DNA of 64,000 nucleotides. Origin: the human T2T-CHM13v2.0 reference genome, Homo sapiens. Made by a program: the position numbers and the translations under genes. This document shows positions 1 to 11,425 of this stretch, piece after piece (position 1 is the first letter of the stretch; the number at the start of each line of letters is the position of its first letter). The notes below the pieces were generated by a model. That model was not told where the DNA came from, did not search any database, and worked only from the letters and a program-made list of their open reading frames with translations. The stretch lies in NCBI RefSeq assembly GCF_009914755.1, contig NC_060926.1; one strand, 5' to 3'.

Positions 1-1155
1 TCCAGAAATGCCACCCAACAGCCAATATCTGGAATCAAGGACCCCAAGTGCCTGCTTGGTTTTCTTTCCCCATTGTGGCCAAGCTGCTACCTAAGCTGCG
101 AAACGAAGTACCCTTTATTCTTACCTCTCCATTTCTCAACCAGAAGGAGTCTATTCTCACAGCTAACACAGCTGTGAATGTGCTGGGTCACACCAGACAA
201 CAGCATATCTCAGAGACTCACCTAAGGCCTGTGGAGTTTACTAACTGGTTACTGCTTCTGGTTATTTAGTGCCCATGGGCTCTTTAGTGAGCAAGTAATG
301 AATCCTGGCAAGACTGGATCCTTCCCTTTGGGACGGTGGGTTCCTTTCTGCCCTAGGATTTGTCTGGAAATGTGATATGAGAGCTAGGGCCTAGAATGGA
401 GTCCTCATATCTCTGACCAGTGCCCTATTTAACTGTGGGTGAGCTGGTATCCAAGTTGCAAAACTAAGTCCTCTTTACTCTTCCCTCTCTTCTCCTCAAG
501 TGGAAGGAAGTGGCCTCTTTTGTAGCTGCACTACCTGGGTTGGAGAAGAAGTGACATAAGCACTTCCTAGCTGATATCGCTGGTGTCTCATTAGGTTGTG
601 TACTCCCCAAGACCACTGGCTCCAGGCCTACCCCAGAACTAGAACTTGCCTAAGAATTGCAGTCCTTGTCGCCTCGACTGCCTTTCAAGTTTATTTGGTA
701 ACCCAGGACAGTTTAGCTGTTGTGGTGAGGCTTGCTGAAGCTCAAGATCCGACTGCTGGAATCGGCAATTTCACTATGGATAAAGCTGGTCTAAATGCTC
801 CTGCCATAGACATAGACTGAGTTTTGTCTGGTGTTGGCAGCACTTAGTTCCAGGGTAAAGTGTCACGATTGCTGCACTCTCCATTCCCCAAGTACAAAGA
901 TTCTCTCCTCCTGCCATGCAGCCACTTCTGGGTGATGGGGGATGGATGGTGTCAGCAATTCAAGACTGTCTTTCCTACCCTGTTCAGTGCCTCTTTCAGA
1001 GATATGAAGTTAAAACCAGGTACTGTGATTTTTTTTGTTACTGTTCTTATGAAGGTGTTTGTTTTCTGTGTAGATAAACTTCAGACTTGGTGTTCCTGCA
1101 GGGAGGATGATTGGTGGAGGCTTCTATTTGGCGATCTTACTCTGCCTCCTCCCCC
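1..1155 (-). mobile_element. 5' UTR of an old LINE-1 (L1PB/L1M-like), continuing beyond the window start
   Basis: Reverse complement of 1110-1155 reads GGGGGAGGAGGCAGAGTAAGATCGCCAAATAGAAGCCTCCACC, resembling the L1 5' terminus with a degenerate YY1 core (consensus CAAGATGGCC). The rest resembles older primate L1 5' UTR. Subfamily not resolved. Confidence 0.7.
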
Positions 1156-1566
1156 AGCAAAAGATTTCTTGAAGGGTGAGAGAAGCTGCACAACTTTAGG
1201 GCTGACATAGCTGATGTATTTTTACCTGCTGAACATGTTTGTTGTTCAAGAACTGGGGATCATATTTATCTTACATATTCTCTTATAATATCATAGAATC
1301 ATAGAAGTAAAGTAGCTTTTCATCTTGCCAAACGAAGCCCCTCTTGCTTGTTTGAATGTAAAAATTGATTTCATGGGCACTTAGTTCTAAAGAATAATCT
1401 GAATGATGCAATCCACACCAAAGCTTCAATTTATGGATAGGTAAACTCTTCTTTAGATTCTTTATTTTACTACAGTATAAGAATAGATAGTCATTTGTAA
1501 ATTTTGGCTGCTCATTTTTAGTCCTGGAAAGAATTAAATGTCTGCATGTTGAATAAAATATACTAT

Positions 1567-2174
1567 TGAGAGGTGAAGCCAGCTGGAATTCTGGGTCAGG
1601 TGGAGACTTGGAGAACTTTTGTGTCTAGCTAAAGGATTGTAAATGCACCAATCAGCACTCTGTGTCTAGCTAAAGGATTGTAAATGCACCAATCAGCACT
1701 CTGTAAAATGGACCAATCAACACTCTGTAAAATGGACCAATCAGCATTCTGTAAAATGGACCAATCCACACTCTGTAAAATGGACCAATCAGCAGGATGT
1801 GGGCAGGGCCAAATAAGGGAATAAAAGCTGGCCACCCGAGCCAGTGGTGGCAACTTGCTCGGGTCCCCTTCCACTCTGTGGAAGCTTTGTTCTTTCATGC
1901 GTCACAATAAATCTTGCTGCTGCTCACTGTTTGGCTTTGCACTACCTTTAAGAGCTGTAACACTCACTGCAAAAGTCTGCGGCTTCACTCCTGAAGTCAG
2001 TGAGACCACGAACCCACCAGAAGGAAGAAACTCCAGACACATCTGAACATTTGAAGGAACAAACTCTGGACACACCATCTTTAAGAGTTGTAACACTCAC
2101 CAAAAAGGTCTGCAGCTTCATTCTTGAAGTCAGTGAGACCAAGAACCCACCAGAAGGAATAAATTCCGGACACA
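1567..2174 (+). mobile_element. 5' LTR (LTR12 family), 608 bp
   Basis: Begins TGAGAGGTGAAGCCAGCTGG and ends GGACACA; CCAAT-bearing tandem repeats in U3, AATAAA at 1906-1911, and repeated GAACCCACCAGAAGGAA blocks in U5, typical of LTR12. Confidence 0.95.
1620..1830 (+). promoter_or_regulatory. ERV9 U3 enhancer/promoter: six CCAAT (NF-Y-type) boxes, a GC-box-like GGGCAGGG and an AATAAAA TATA-like element
   Basis: Two 41-bp units (1620-1701) and four 24-bp units (1702-~1797), each with CCAATC; GGGCAGGG at 1801; AATAAAA at 1820. LTR12 U3 is an established NF-Y-dependent promoter, but activity of this copy is not shown by sequence. Confidence 0.7.
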
Positions 2175-2177
2175 TTT

Positions 2178-2195
2178 TGGCTACCATGGAGGGAC
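2178..2195 (+). promoter_or_regulatory. Primer-binding site (tRNA-Arg type)
   Basis: TGGCTACCATGGAGGGAC, 3 nt after the LTR; 15/18 match to the recalled ERV9 PBS TGGCGACCACGAAGGGAC. A splice-donor-like G|GTGAGT follows at 2208. Confidence 0.8.
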
Positions 2196-3426
2196 AATCA
2201 CCAAGCGGTGAGTATCATCGGACCCCTTTTGCTTGCTATTCTGTCCTATTTTTCCTTAGAAGTTGGGGGCTAAATCCTGGGCACCTGTCAGCCAGTTAAA
2301 AGCGACTAGCCTGGCTGCTGGACTAAAGACATGGTTGTCAGGCTTTCTGGGAAAGTGTTCTCTAACAACCCCTGACTCTTTGGGAGTTGGGAGCGTTGGT
2401 TTGACTGGAACCAGCTTCTGCTTTTCCTGTACTTCTGGGCTGAGCTGAGGGTCGACAGATAGTAAAGCCATTCAGCTCCATGGTCCCAAGAACAAGTTGG
2501 TTGACCCTATGGCCATGAGCAGAACTCTCAAAGTCATGTCGCCCAAGCGAGACTCGCCCATGTATCCTGTTTATCCTGACCCTTGCCTCCTGGGTCCTAA
2601 TGCTTGTCAGACAAACTTCATCTTGCTTCTGTTCTCCGAGGCTAGTCCTGCTTCTAAAATCCACTCCCTATCTCTGGTGCATTTCTAGTTTCTCCTATAA
2701 GAATGATTTCTAGTATAAATTTCAGGACACTGTTACTTTCTTTAGGCAATCGGGCTCACCAATCAGAGAGACATAATTTTTGCCCAAAGCCCCATCAGGG
2801 TGGGGGACTATCTGGAATTTTAGGATCCCTCCTCATATCTAGCAGGCCTAACAAAAGCTATTCCTGAAGCTAGGATATGGGAATCTTCAGAAATGGTATC
2901 TTTCCTATTCATATAAGTGAGGACAAAAGGCATCACTCTTCCAACTCTGGAGATCCCTTACCTCCCTCAGGGTATGGCCCTCCACTTCATTTTTGGGGCA
3001 TAACATCTTTATAGGACAGGGGTAAAGTCCCAATACTAACAGGAGAATGTTTAGGACTCTAACAGATTTTTGAGAATGCATCAGTAAGGGCCACTAAATC
3101 CGATTTTTTTCAGTCCTCTTCATGATCTGGTAGGACAGGCAAGGGTGCAGCTTTTCGAGAATGCATCGGTAAGGGCCACTAAATCTGAACTTCCTCGGTG
3201 CTCCTTGTGGTCTAGGAGGAAACCTTGTGTTTTTGCTGCTGCGTCAGTGAGTGCAACTATTCTGATCAGCAGGGTCCAGGGACCATTGCAGGTTCTTGGG
3301 CAAGAGGTGTTTCTGCTGCTGCATCAGTGAGTGCAACTATCCTGATCAGCAGGGTCCAGGGACCATTGTGGGTTCTTGGGCCGGGGGTAGAAACAAACCA
3401 AAACTACGAGCAGTTTTGTCTTTCAG

Positions 3427-4875
3427 ATGGGAAACACTCAGGCATCAACAGGCTCGCCCTTCAAATGCATGCTAAGCCATTGGGACCAATTTGACCCACA
3501 AACCCTGAAAAAGAGGTGGCTCATTTTTTTCTGCACTACAGCCTGGCCCCAATATTCTCTCTCTGATGGGGAGAAATGGCCACCTGAGGGAAGTATAAAT
3601 TACAATACTATCCTGCAGCTTGACCTTTTCTGTAAGAGGGAAGGCAAATGGAGTGAAATACCTTATGTCCAAGCTTTCTTTTCACTGAAGGAGATTCCGC
3701 AACTATGCAAAGCTTGCAATTTATATCCCACAAGAGGACCTCTCATATCCTAGCCTCCCTATAGCTCCCCTTCCTATTAATGATAAGCCTCCTCTAATCT
3801 CCCCTGCCCAGAAGGAAACAAGCAAAGAAATCTCCAAGGGACTACAAAAACCCCTGGACTATTGGTTATGTCCCCTTCAAGCTGTAGGGGGAGGGGAATT
3901 TGGCCCAACTTGGGTACATGTCCCCTTCTCCCTCTCTGATTTAAAGCAGATCAAGGCAGACCCATAGAAGCTTTCAGATGATCATGATAGGTATATAGAT
4001 GTCCTACAGGGTCTAGGGCAAACCTTCTGTCTCACTTGGAGAGATGTCATGCTATTGTTAGATCAAACCCTGGCCTTTAATGAAAAGAATGTGGCTTTAG
4101 CTGCAGCCAGAGGATTTGGAGATACCTGGTATCTTAGTCAAGTAAATGATAGAATGACAGCCGAAGAAAGGGACAAATTCCCTACTGGTCAGCAAGCCAT
4201 CCCCAGTATGGAAACCCACTGGTACCCCGACTCAGATCATGGGGACTGGAGTCACAAACATCTCTTGACCTGTGTTCTAGAAGGACTAAGGAGAATTAGG
4301 AAAAAACCCATGAATTATTTATTGATGTGCACCATAACTCAGGGAGAGAAGAAAATCCTTCTGCCTTCCTCAAGCGGCTATGGGAGGCCTTAAGGAAATA
4401 TACTCCTCTGTGATCCAACTCCCTCAAGGGTCAACTGATCCTAAAAGGTGAGTTTATTACCCAATCAGACACAGATATCAGGAGAAAGCTCCAAAAGTGA
4501 GCCCTGGGCCCTGAACAAAATCGGGAGACATTATTAAACCTGGCACTCTCGTTGTTCTGTAATAGGGACCAAGAGGAACAGGCTGAAAAGGAAAATCAAG
4601 GTCAGAGAAAGGCTGCAGCCTTAGTCATGGCCCTCAGACAAAAAAACCTTGGTGGTTCAAAGAGGATAGAAAATGGAGCAGACCAATCACCTGGTGGGAC
4701 TTGTTATCAGTGTGGTGTGCAAGGACACTTTAAGAAAGATTGTCCAATGAGAAACCAGCTGCCCCCTTGCCCATGTCCACTATGCTGAGGCAATAACTGG
4801 AAGGTACACTGCCCCAGAGGACAAAGTTTCTTTGTGCCAGAAGCCCCCAACCAGATGATCCAACAACAGGACTGA
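3427..4875 (+). pseudogene. gag: ERV9 gag, disrupted by stops and frameshifts
   Basis: ORF 3427-3753 starts MGNTQ (myristoylation-type Gly2) and contains [20 protein letters not shown]; capsid-like fragment at 4049-4393; CX2CX4HX4C zinc knuckle CYQCGVQGHFKKDC at 4702-4743; ends QQQD-stop at 4875. Confidence 0.9.
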
Positions 4876-5107
4876 GGGTGCCCAGCTCAAGCACCAGCTC
4901 ATGTCATCACCCTTACTGAGCCCTGGGTATGTTTAACCATTGAGGGCCAGGAAATTGACTTCCTCCTGGACACTGGCACAGCTTTCTCACTGTTAATCTC
5001 CTGTCCCAGACAGCTGTCCTCAAGGTCCGTTACCATCTGAGGAATCCTGGGACAGCCTGTAACCAGGTATTTCTCCCACCTCCTCAGTTGTAATTGGGAG
5101 ACTTTTC
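4876..5107 (+). pseudogene. pro: Retroviral aspartic protease, truncated
   Basis: EIDFLLDTGTAFSLL with catalytic DTG at 4969-4977; in-frame stop downstream; joined directly to RNase H sequence. Confidence 0.85.
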
Positions 5108-5335
5108 TACAGATAGTAAGTATGCTTATCTAATCCTACATGTCCATGCTACAATGGGAAAGAAAGGGAGGTCCTAACCTCTGGGGGAACCCCCATTAAA
5201 TATCACAAGGAAACCATGGAGTTATTGCATGCAGTGCAAAAACCCAAAGAGGTGGCAGTCTTACGCTGCCAAAGCCACCAAAAGGGGAAGAACAGGGGAG
5301 AACAACAGCATAAGTGGCTGGCAAAGGCAGGGAAA
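5108..5335 (+). pseudogene. pol: ERV9 pol remnant: C-terminal part of RNase H
   Basis: TDSKYAYLILHVHA...GTPIKYHKETMELLHAVQKPKEVAVLRCQSHQKG read across a frameshift; the ERV9 RT core is absent. Confidence 0.8.
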
Positions 5336-5339
5336 GACT

Positions 5340-5480
5340 AGTAGAAAGAAAAGAGAGAAAGAGACAGAAAGTAACAGACAGAGAGAGAGGAAGAGACAGA
5401 GGCAAAGAGGGAGTCAGAAAGAGAGAGACAAAGAAGAAGTCAAAGAGAAAGAAAGAGAGATGGAAGTAGTAAAGAAAAAA
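5340..5480 (+). repeat. GA-rich purine low-complexity tract inside the provirus
   Basis: Nearly pure A/G run of AGAG/AAAG variants. Confidence 0.85.
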
Positions 5481-5985
5481 CAGTGTACCCTATTCCTTTA
5501 AAAGCCAGGGTAAATTTAAAACCTATAATTGATAATTGAAGGTCTTCTCCGTGACCCTATAACACTCCAATACCACCTTGTTGTCAGTGTAAATAAGGGC
5601 ATAGCCCAAAAGCACTGAGGCCACTGACAACCTGTAGCCTTCTTATCAAAAATCCTTAACCCAGCAGGTTTCCTAACAGGGGATCTAAATCTTAATTAAT
5701 TACGATACAAAGGTCTGACCACACCTAGGAAGACCTCCCTTCAGGACAGGATGATAGATGGTTCCTCCCAGGCAATTAAGGGAAAAAGACATAATGGGTA
5801 TTCAGTAAGTGATAAGAAAACTCTTGTAGAAGCAGTTAGGAAAATTGCCTAATAATTGGTCTGTTCAAACATGTGAGCTGTTTCCACTCAGCCAAACCTT
5901 AAAGTACCTACAGAATCAGGAAGGAGCTATCTATACCAATTATAAGTTAATATGGACTGAACAAGGTCTTATTAATAGCAAAGAA
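5460..5985 (+). pseudogene. pol: Second, heavily micro-deleted pol remnant (RT N-terminus, tether, RNase H), HERV-I/HERVIP10-like
   Basis: Manual translation across frameshifts gives EVVKKKQ-YPIPLKARVNLKPII, PYNTPI, VSVNKGIA, QPVAFLSKILNPAGFLTGD, IDGSSQAIKGKRHNGYSV, GKLPNNWSVQTCELF, LKYLQNQEGAIYT and IWTEQGLINSK. Family assignment is from recalled sequence. Confidence 0.7.
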
Positions 5986-6061
5986 TAATTGAAATCGCAA
6001 ACTTACAAGGTTTTCAACTAAAGTAAAGTTTGCTAAAAGTTAACAGTGTAACATGTATTAT

Positions 6062-6528
6062 TCTACTACCACACACTCTTAAAGGATTTCTCAGACAGTT
6101 TGCAAGAAATAACAAAATCTATCCTTACTCTACAATCCCAAATAGACTCTTTGGCAGCAGTGACTCTCCAAAACTGCCAAGGTCTAGACCTCCTCACTGC
6201 TGAGAAAGGAGGACTCTGCACCTTCTTAGGGGAAGAGTTTTGTTTTTACACTAACCAGTCAGAGATAGTAAGAGATGCCACCCGGCATTTACAGGAAAAG
6301 GCTTCTGAAATCAGACGCCTTTCAAACTCTTATACCAACCTCTGGAGTTGGGCAACATGGCTTCTCCCCTTTCTAGGTCCCGTGGCAGCCATCTTGCTAT
6401 TACTCACCTTTGGGCCCTGTATTTTTAACCTCCTTGTCAAATTTGTTTCCTCTAGGATCAAGGCCATCAAGCTACAGATGGTGTTACAAATGGAACCCCA
6501 AATGAGCTCAACTAACAACTTCTACTGA
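6062..6528 (+). pseudogene. env: env remnant: TM subunit only
   Basis: ORF 6100-6528 has a heptad repeat, immunosuppressive domain LQNCQGLDLLTAEKGGLC, a CX6CC motif degraded to CTFLGEEFC, transmembrane segment WLLPFLGPVAAILLLLTFGPCIF and a cytoplasmic tail. No signal peptide, SU or fusion peptide. Confidence 0.9.
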
Positions 6529-6695
6529 GGACCCCTGGACTCACCAGCTGGCCCTTTCACTGACCTAAAGAGTTCCCCTCTGGAGGACACTACAACTGCA
6601 GGGCCCCTCCTTTGCCCCTATCCAGCAGGAAGTAGCTAAAGCGGTCATCACCCAGATCCCAACAGCAGCTGGGGTCCCCTGTTTAGAGGGGGGAT

Positions 6696-7252
6696 TGAAA
6701 GGTGAAGCCAGTGGGGCTTCTGGGTCAAGTGGGGACTTGGAGAACTTTTGTGTCTAGCTGAAGGATTGTAAATGCACCAATCAGCACTCTGTGTCTAGCT
6801 AAAGGATTGCAAACGCACCAATCAGCACTCTGTAAAATGGATCAATCAGTGCTCTGTAAAATGGACAAATCAGCAGGATGTGGGTGGGGACAAATAAGGG
6901 AATAAAAGCTGGCCACCCGAGCCAGCAGCGGCAACCCACTTGGGTTCCCTTCCACGTGGAAGCTTTGTTCTTTTGCTCTTCACAATAAATCTTGCTGCTG
7001 CTCACTGTTTGGGTCTGCACTACCTTTAAGAGCTGTAACACTCACTTTGAAGGTCTGTGGTCTCACTCCTGAAGTCAGCAAGACCATGAACCCACCAGAA
7101 GGAAGAAACTTTGGACACATCTGAACATCTGAAAGAACAAACTCCAGACACACCATCTTTAAGAGCTGTAACACTCACTGCAAAGGTCCGCAGCTTCATT
7201 CTTCAAGTTGGAGAGACCAAGAACCCACCAGAAGGAATAAATTCCAGACACA
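6696..7252 (+). mobile_element. 3' LTR (LTR12 family), 557 bp
   Basis: Preceded by PPT AGAGGGGGGAT (6685-6695); homologous to the 5' LTR; polyA signal AATAAA at 6984-6989; followed by TSD CTAT. Confidence 0.95.
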
Positions 7253-9182
7253 CTATTTGCAGAGGAAAAAATTCGTGCGATCTTTTTGTCTTATTACTTA
7301 CTTCAGTGAGCTTATATTTGAATTATTAAGAAACATAAGAAAAAAAGTGAAAAAGATCCCAAGTATGAAACAATATAGCAAAGTTTGGTGAAGTTCAGGT
7401 GAGAGGCAGTTTGGTGAGAACTGAAATTGTCATAAAAGAAGTTTTTTTATTCATGCTGGTTATTTCATTATTAGAGAGGAAGTTGATAACACTGGGGATC
7501 TGGGGTCAAGTTTGTCAGAAGATTTCTATTACTCCTATTTTTTCAGAGCAAAAATAAATAAATAAGCAAATTTTAACCTTATTGAAATTGCTGGTAGCTT
7601 ATTTATTTTTTGGTACCTCACCACTGGATATATATAAAAAATAACTAATCATTGATGTGCTTTCCTTTTTTTTCCTCTCAAAGCATGAGTTATTTATATA
7701 TATAATAATGATATTATACAATAGATGAGCTTAACTCCTCTCTATAATTCCAGGAGGATGCCATTTAAGGAGCCACACCTATGCCTGCCCTTCTACTAAC
7801 TCTGCGATAAGTTTGCTAGCCCTAGAAGCTGAGGATACTGAGAAAAGCACATGTGATTCTTAATAAAACAAAACATTATCCCAGAGAATTTGACACAAGT
7901 TGATGATCAAATATCTTGGATTCTCTGATCAGTCACACTTTATACTTTTTACTCCAGAATAATAATGGCTTAGTCTTTCATTCTCTAAAGCATCCTGGTC
8001 TGCATAATACATTATACTCTCTGGTTTTAGAGGGAATCACGTATTTCCTTTGTCTTTAATTGTAGAATTGCTTGCTTTTCCACGGCAAAAGTATAATCTA
8101 TGACATGTTTGTTGTCCTTGTTGATACCCATAAGGCTTCACACCTAGATGGTGCTCAATAAAGTTTACTCTATTGAAGAAAACAGTAACAAAACTGAGAA
8201 TAAACTTGAAGGGAAACAATATGTCCCTGACAAAGTGTTAAGAATAGCAGTAGTAGAGGGTCAAAGGGTAATGGGTATCTACTGAAATATGACACAGGTT
8301 ACACGATGTGGTTCTATACTGAGATATATTTCCAGTGTATTACCTGACCTTTCTCTTGGTTTTGAGATTCTATCTCAATTCTGAATAAATATTCTTTTAA
8401 AAAGATTTTATCTTCTATATATGGTTAAATAAGCATCTAGTCTTACCCTATTTATTACAAGATCTATTAAGCATCACAGTTAATGCTGTTAATATGTTTG
8501 TTCATTTACTCTGTAAGCTCTTTTTGAAACTGTCTTATTGTTTACAGAAGCATCAAGAAATATTATGATGATTATTACTAGGATTTATGACTTGCAGTTT
8601 CTGACTTGGGGGTTTAACATACTTTTAATTGCATGTAGTAAACAGAGCATCTTTCCTCCCCAGATTTCCCAGAACCATATTTAAGTGAACCTTAGAACAT
8701 AAAGAATTTTAACCACTGAGAAGAATGCAAGAAATTGGTTTTCTGGTAAAGAAATTAATAAAGAGGATATTCTTGAAGATGTCTGCAACAATCTCTATTT
8801 TACTTGTACATAAATAGAGCAACAATAATATTCTCGTACCCATGTGTAGTAAATACAAAGGAAAAAGAAGGAAAATTGAAAATACTGTCCATCCTCATTG
8901 ACTTGTTTCAAATTGGTTTTTTACACATTTCAGGAGAGCACTAGCTAAACCTATTTATATGGAGGAAAGCTACAGAGTGTCTCCTTTCCTCTTAGAAAAG
9001 ACAAAGGAAATTTTCAAACACCTCTGTGCGTTTAGATGGTTGCTGTGGACTACTTTGTCTGCCTCAATCTAGTAATGCCATGACCCCTAGAAGATTTTGG
9101 ATGTGAAGTAGGATAGAGATGTGTCCATTAGTTAGACACATTTCCTGCGATCTCTTTTTAGTATTTTTTATAAGTGAGTTAA

Positions 9183-9602
9183 TGTGTCAGTTTGGGTTCT
9201 ACAAGAAATGGATGACACGACACAATTAAATGTGCAAGAGATTGATTGTGGGAAACACTTCTGAGGATAATGGGCAGAAGGGGCAGGAGTAGTCAAGGAG
9301 AGACTTCCCTGGGAAAAAAAGAGAAAGGAAATGAAGAGGAATTTTATATGAAGACAAAGTCTTGGCCAGGATGATGGTAACCCCCAGACCAGAGCTTTCC
9401 ATTAGAACAGACCAGTTTGTGGCAGAGATTCCCAACTCAAGATTCCCACTGTGCTCAGTGATTATCTAGGAGCAATCCGGGGTAGGGTGGCTTTATCAAA
9501 AATGCTCTCTTCAGTTGTGAAAGTGTGGCAGCTTCAGGCTATCAGGTAACAATTCTTCTCACAACAGATTGTCTCTTGATGAGAGATCTGAGTGGTAACA
9601 AC
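9183..9602 (-). mobile_element. Old ERVL-class solo LTR (LTR16/33/40/41-like)
   Basis: TGTCAGTTTGGGTTCTACAAGAAATGGATG...ATGTGCAAGAGATTGATTGTGGGAAACAC resembles the reverse-strand terminus of ancient ERVL LTRs. Subfamily and right boundary uncertain. Confidence 0.45.
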
Positions 9603-11119
9603 AAAAAAGCCTTTCTCCAGATTTAAAAGTATACTTGACCTATTAAAAATTGGAAAATATTCTTTAGGTATTGTGAATAATTCTTCAAGACTATAAGATC
9701 TCCACTGAGAGCTTGGTAAAATCTTGGCCTCCAACTTTCTCTTATCACCCATCTAACTTAATCCAAATTATCTACCAATATGGTGCTAAATTTTGGCCCC
9801 ACTCTTACTGCCTGTATTTTTTTTCCTTAGATTCCCTATGGCATCTGATAATTTGAGCAGTGCAAAATTATTGGGACAAAACTGAACCTTGACTGACCTT
9901 CCTCAGTCTATTACATAGAATCTTTAGGCTTCTCATTCCCTCAAATATTCATCTGAATATTATTCTCACATGGCAATAATTGAATAAAGGTTTTGGCCAT
10001 GGACATTGATTGTTCTTTTTCCTTGCACAATTCACTATTTTGCTACCCCTTATTCAATCTCTGACTATATCTTTGCTTATTCCTTTTTGTACTCAATTCC
10101 AAAAGAGTTCTCCCTTCTCTGGCTGGATTGCAAATGGATAAAAAGTGCCTCTTAAAACCTCCCTGGGATTTTACTGTTTAACACTATGATGCTTATATTC
10201 CTACTTTATGGAGTTCCTCTACATTGCATAGATCATCATTTGGAACTGGGTTTGATTTGAGAAGATTTCACAGCACCTGCTGTGGAGCTTCTTGTGACAA
10301 CTCCACTCGTCAAGCTGACTTAAAGCCAATAGAACTGAGAAACCACCTGCTGATTTCACAGCTAGGTGAGTAATGAGGAAAGCATTTTGCTGATTTTTCC
10401 TGGAGATTTCTTAAAGAGTTACAAATTTCTGGTTTCTTAATTTTGTATGTGTGAGGAAAAATCAAGTACAAAAAATGCAATGGCATAGTTGGAAGATGAT
10501 AGAATAACTCAAGGAATCTTATTTTATACAATACATCTGTATGTTCGTGTACAATATTCTTTGGAAAAAGAACGTTTAAATTCTATAGCATTCTACACTT
10601 GGGTGTTATAAATAAGTGTTTGGGTAGAACAATTAGACTTGCTATGTTAGATTATTTTACCCACTGAATCTGATAGCAGCTTGGAGGAGGGACCCTTGGA
10701 TTTTTGCATTAGCTTTATTAATGGCTTTCTGGCCTTGTATATTTTATCACAGAATAGAGCTTGGATGAGTTACAGAATTCCATTAACCAAGTGAAACACA
10801 AGGTACCAGAGGCAGGATTTCAGAAATTGGGAAGGGCCTGGCAAGATTAATTTGGGGATGCAGGTGTTGCTGGAGTACTAGACAGGTTGTTGGATAAGAA
10901 ATTAAAAAACAGACCAAGATGAAATAAAACCCAGTTATATGAGCTAGAAGCAGATGGAGAGAGATTCAGATTCCACACGCTAATAAAAGAACCTTGGATT
11001 TTGACAAGAGCATTATTTTTCAGATGTTGTGAACAGAGCCGAAGAGACTGTGTTGAAAAAAAAGAAGAAAAGGAAAGGAGAAGGAAAACACTGTGACTTC
11101 ACACTTCTACTGTTCTATA

Positions 11120-11425
11120 ATAGCAATTACTTATAATTGAGCACTTACATGTCAGGAGTTATGCTAAGAGCTTTACACACATTAATTACTTAGTTTCACT
11201 TTAATTCTATAGGTTACATACTATTAATGTGGTTTTATGGAGGAGATGCTTTGACGTGTGAAGTTTCGGAACAGTTTCTAAAGCCAGATTATCTGTATTT
11301 AAATCTTGGTTCTCATTTTCTAGCTGTCGGTTTGAGGTTAATTTGGTTGTTACAAAAATTAAATGAGTTAATATATGTAAAGCATCTAGAATAGTATGTA
11401 CTGGACACTGAATAAGTAACAGTTA
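11120..11425. mobile_element. MIR fragments (two pieces, opposite orientations)
   Basis: TTGAGCACTTAC...GCTAAGAGCTTTACA (minus) and ATTAAATGAGTTAATATATGTAAAGCATCTAGAATAGT (plus) match the MIR 3' part. Confidence 0.65.

Larger units (their letters stand above)
1567..7252 (+). mobile_element. Defective ERV9 (HERV9) provirus with two LTR12-family LTRs, internally deleted
   Basis: Two homologous TG...CA LTRs, identical 4-bp TSD CTAT (1563-1566 and 7253-7256), PBS after the 5' LTR, polypurine tract before the 3' LTR, and gag/pro/RNase H/env remnants in order. The internal part is only about 4.5 kb. Confidence 0.95.

Noticed and set aside
1620-1800. Regularly spaced short repeats that superficially resemble a CRISPR array
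   Set aside because: The units are head-to-tail with no unique spacers, lie inside an LTR12 U3, and there are no cas genes; the DNA is primate.
1100-1830. Divergent arrangement of the L1 5' end and the ERV9 LTR as a bidirectional promoter
   Set aside because: The L1 5' UTR is old and CpG-depleted with a mutated YY1 core; adjacency alone is not evidence of function.
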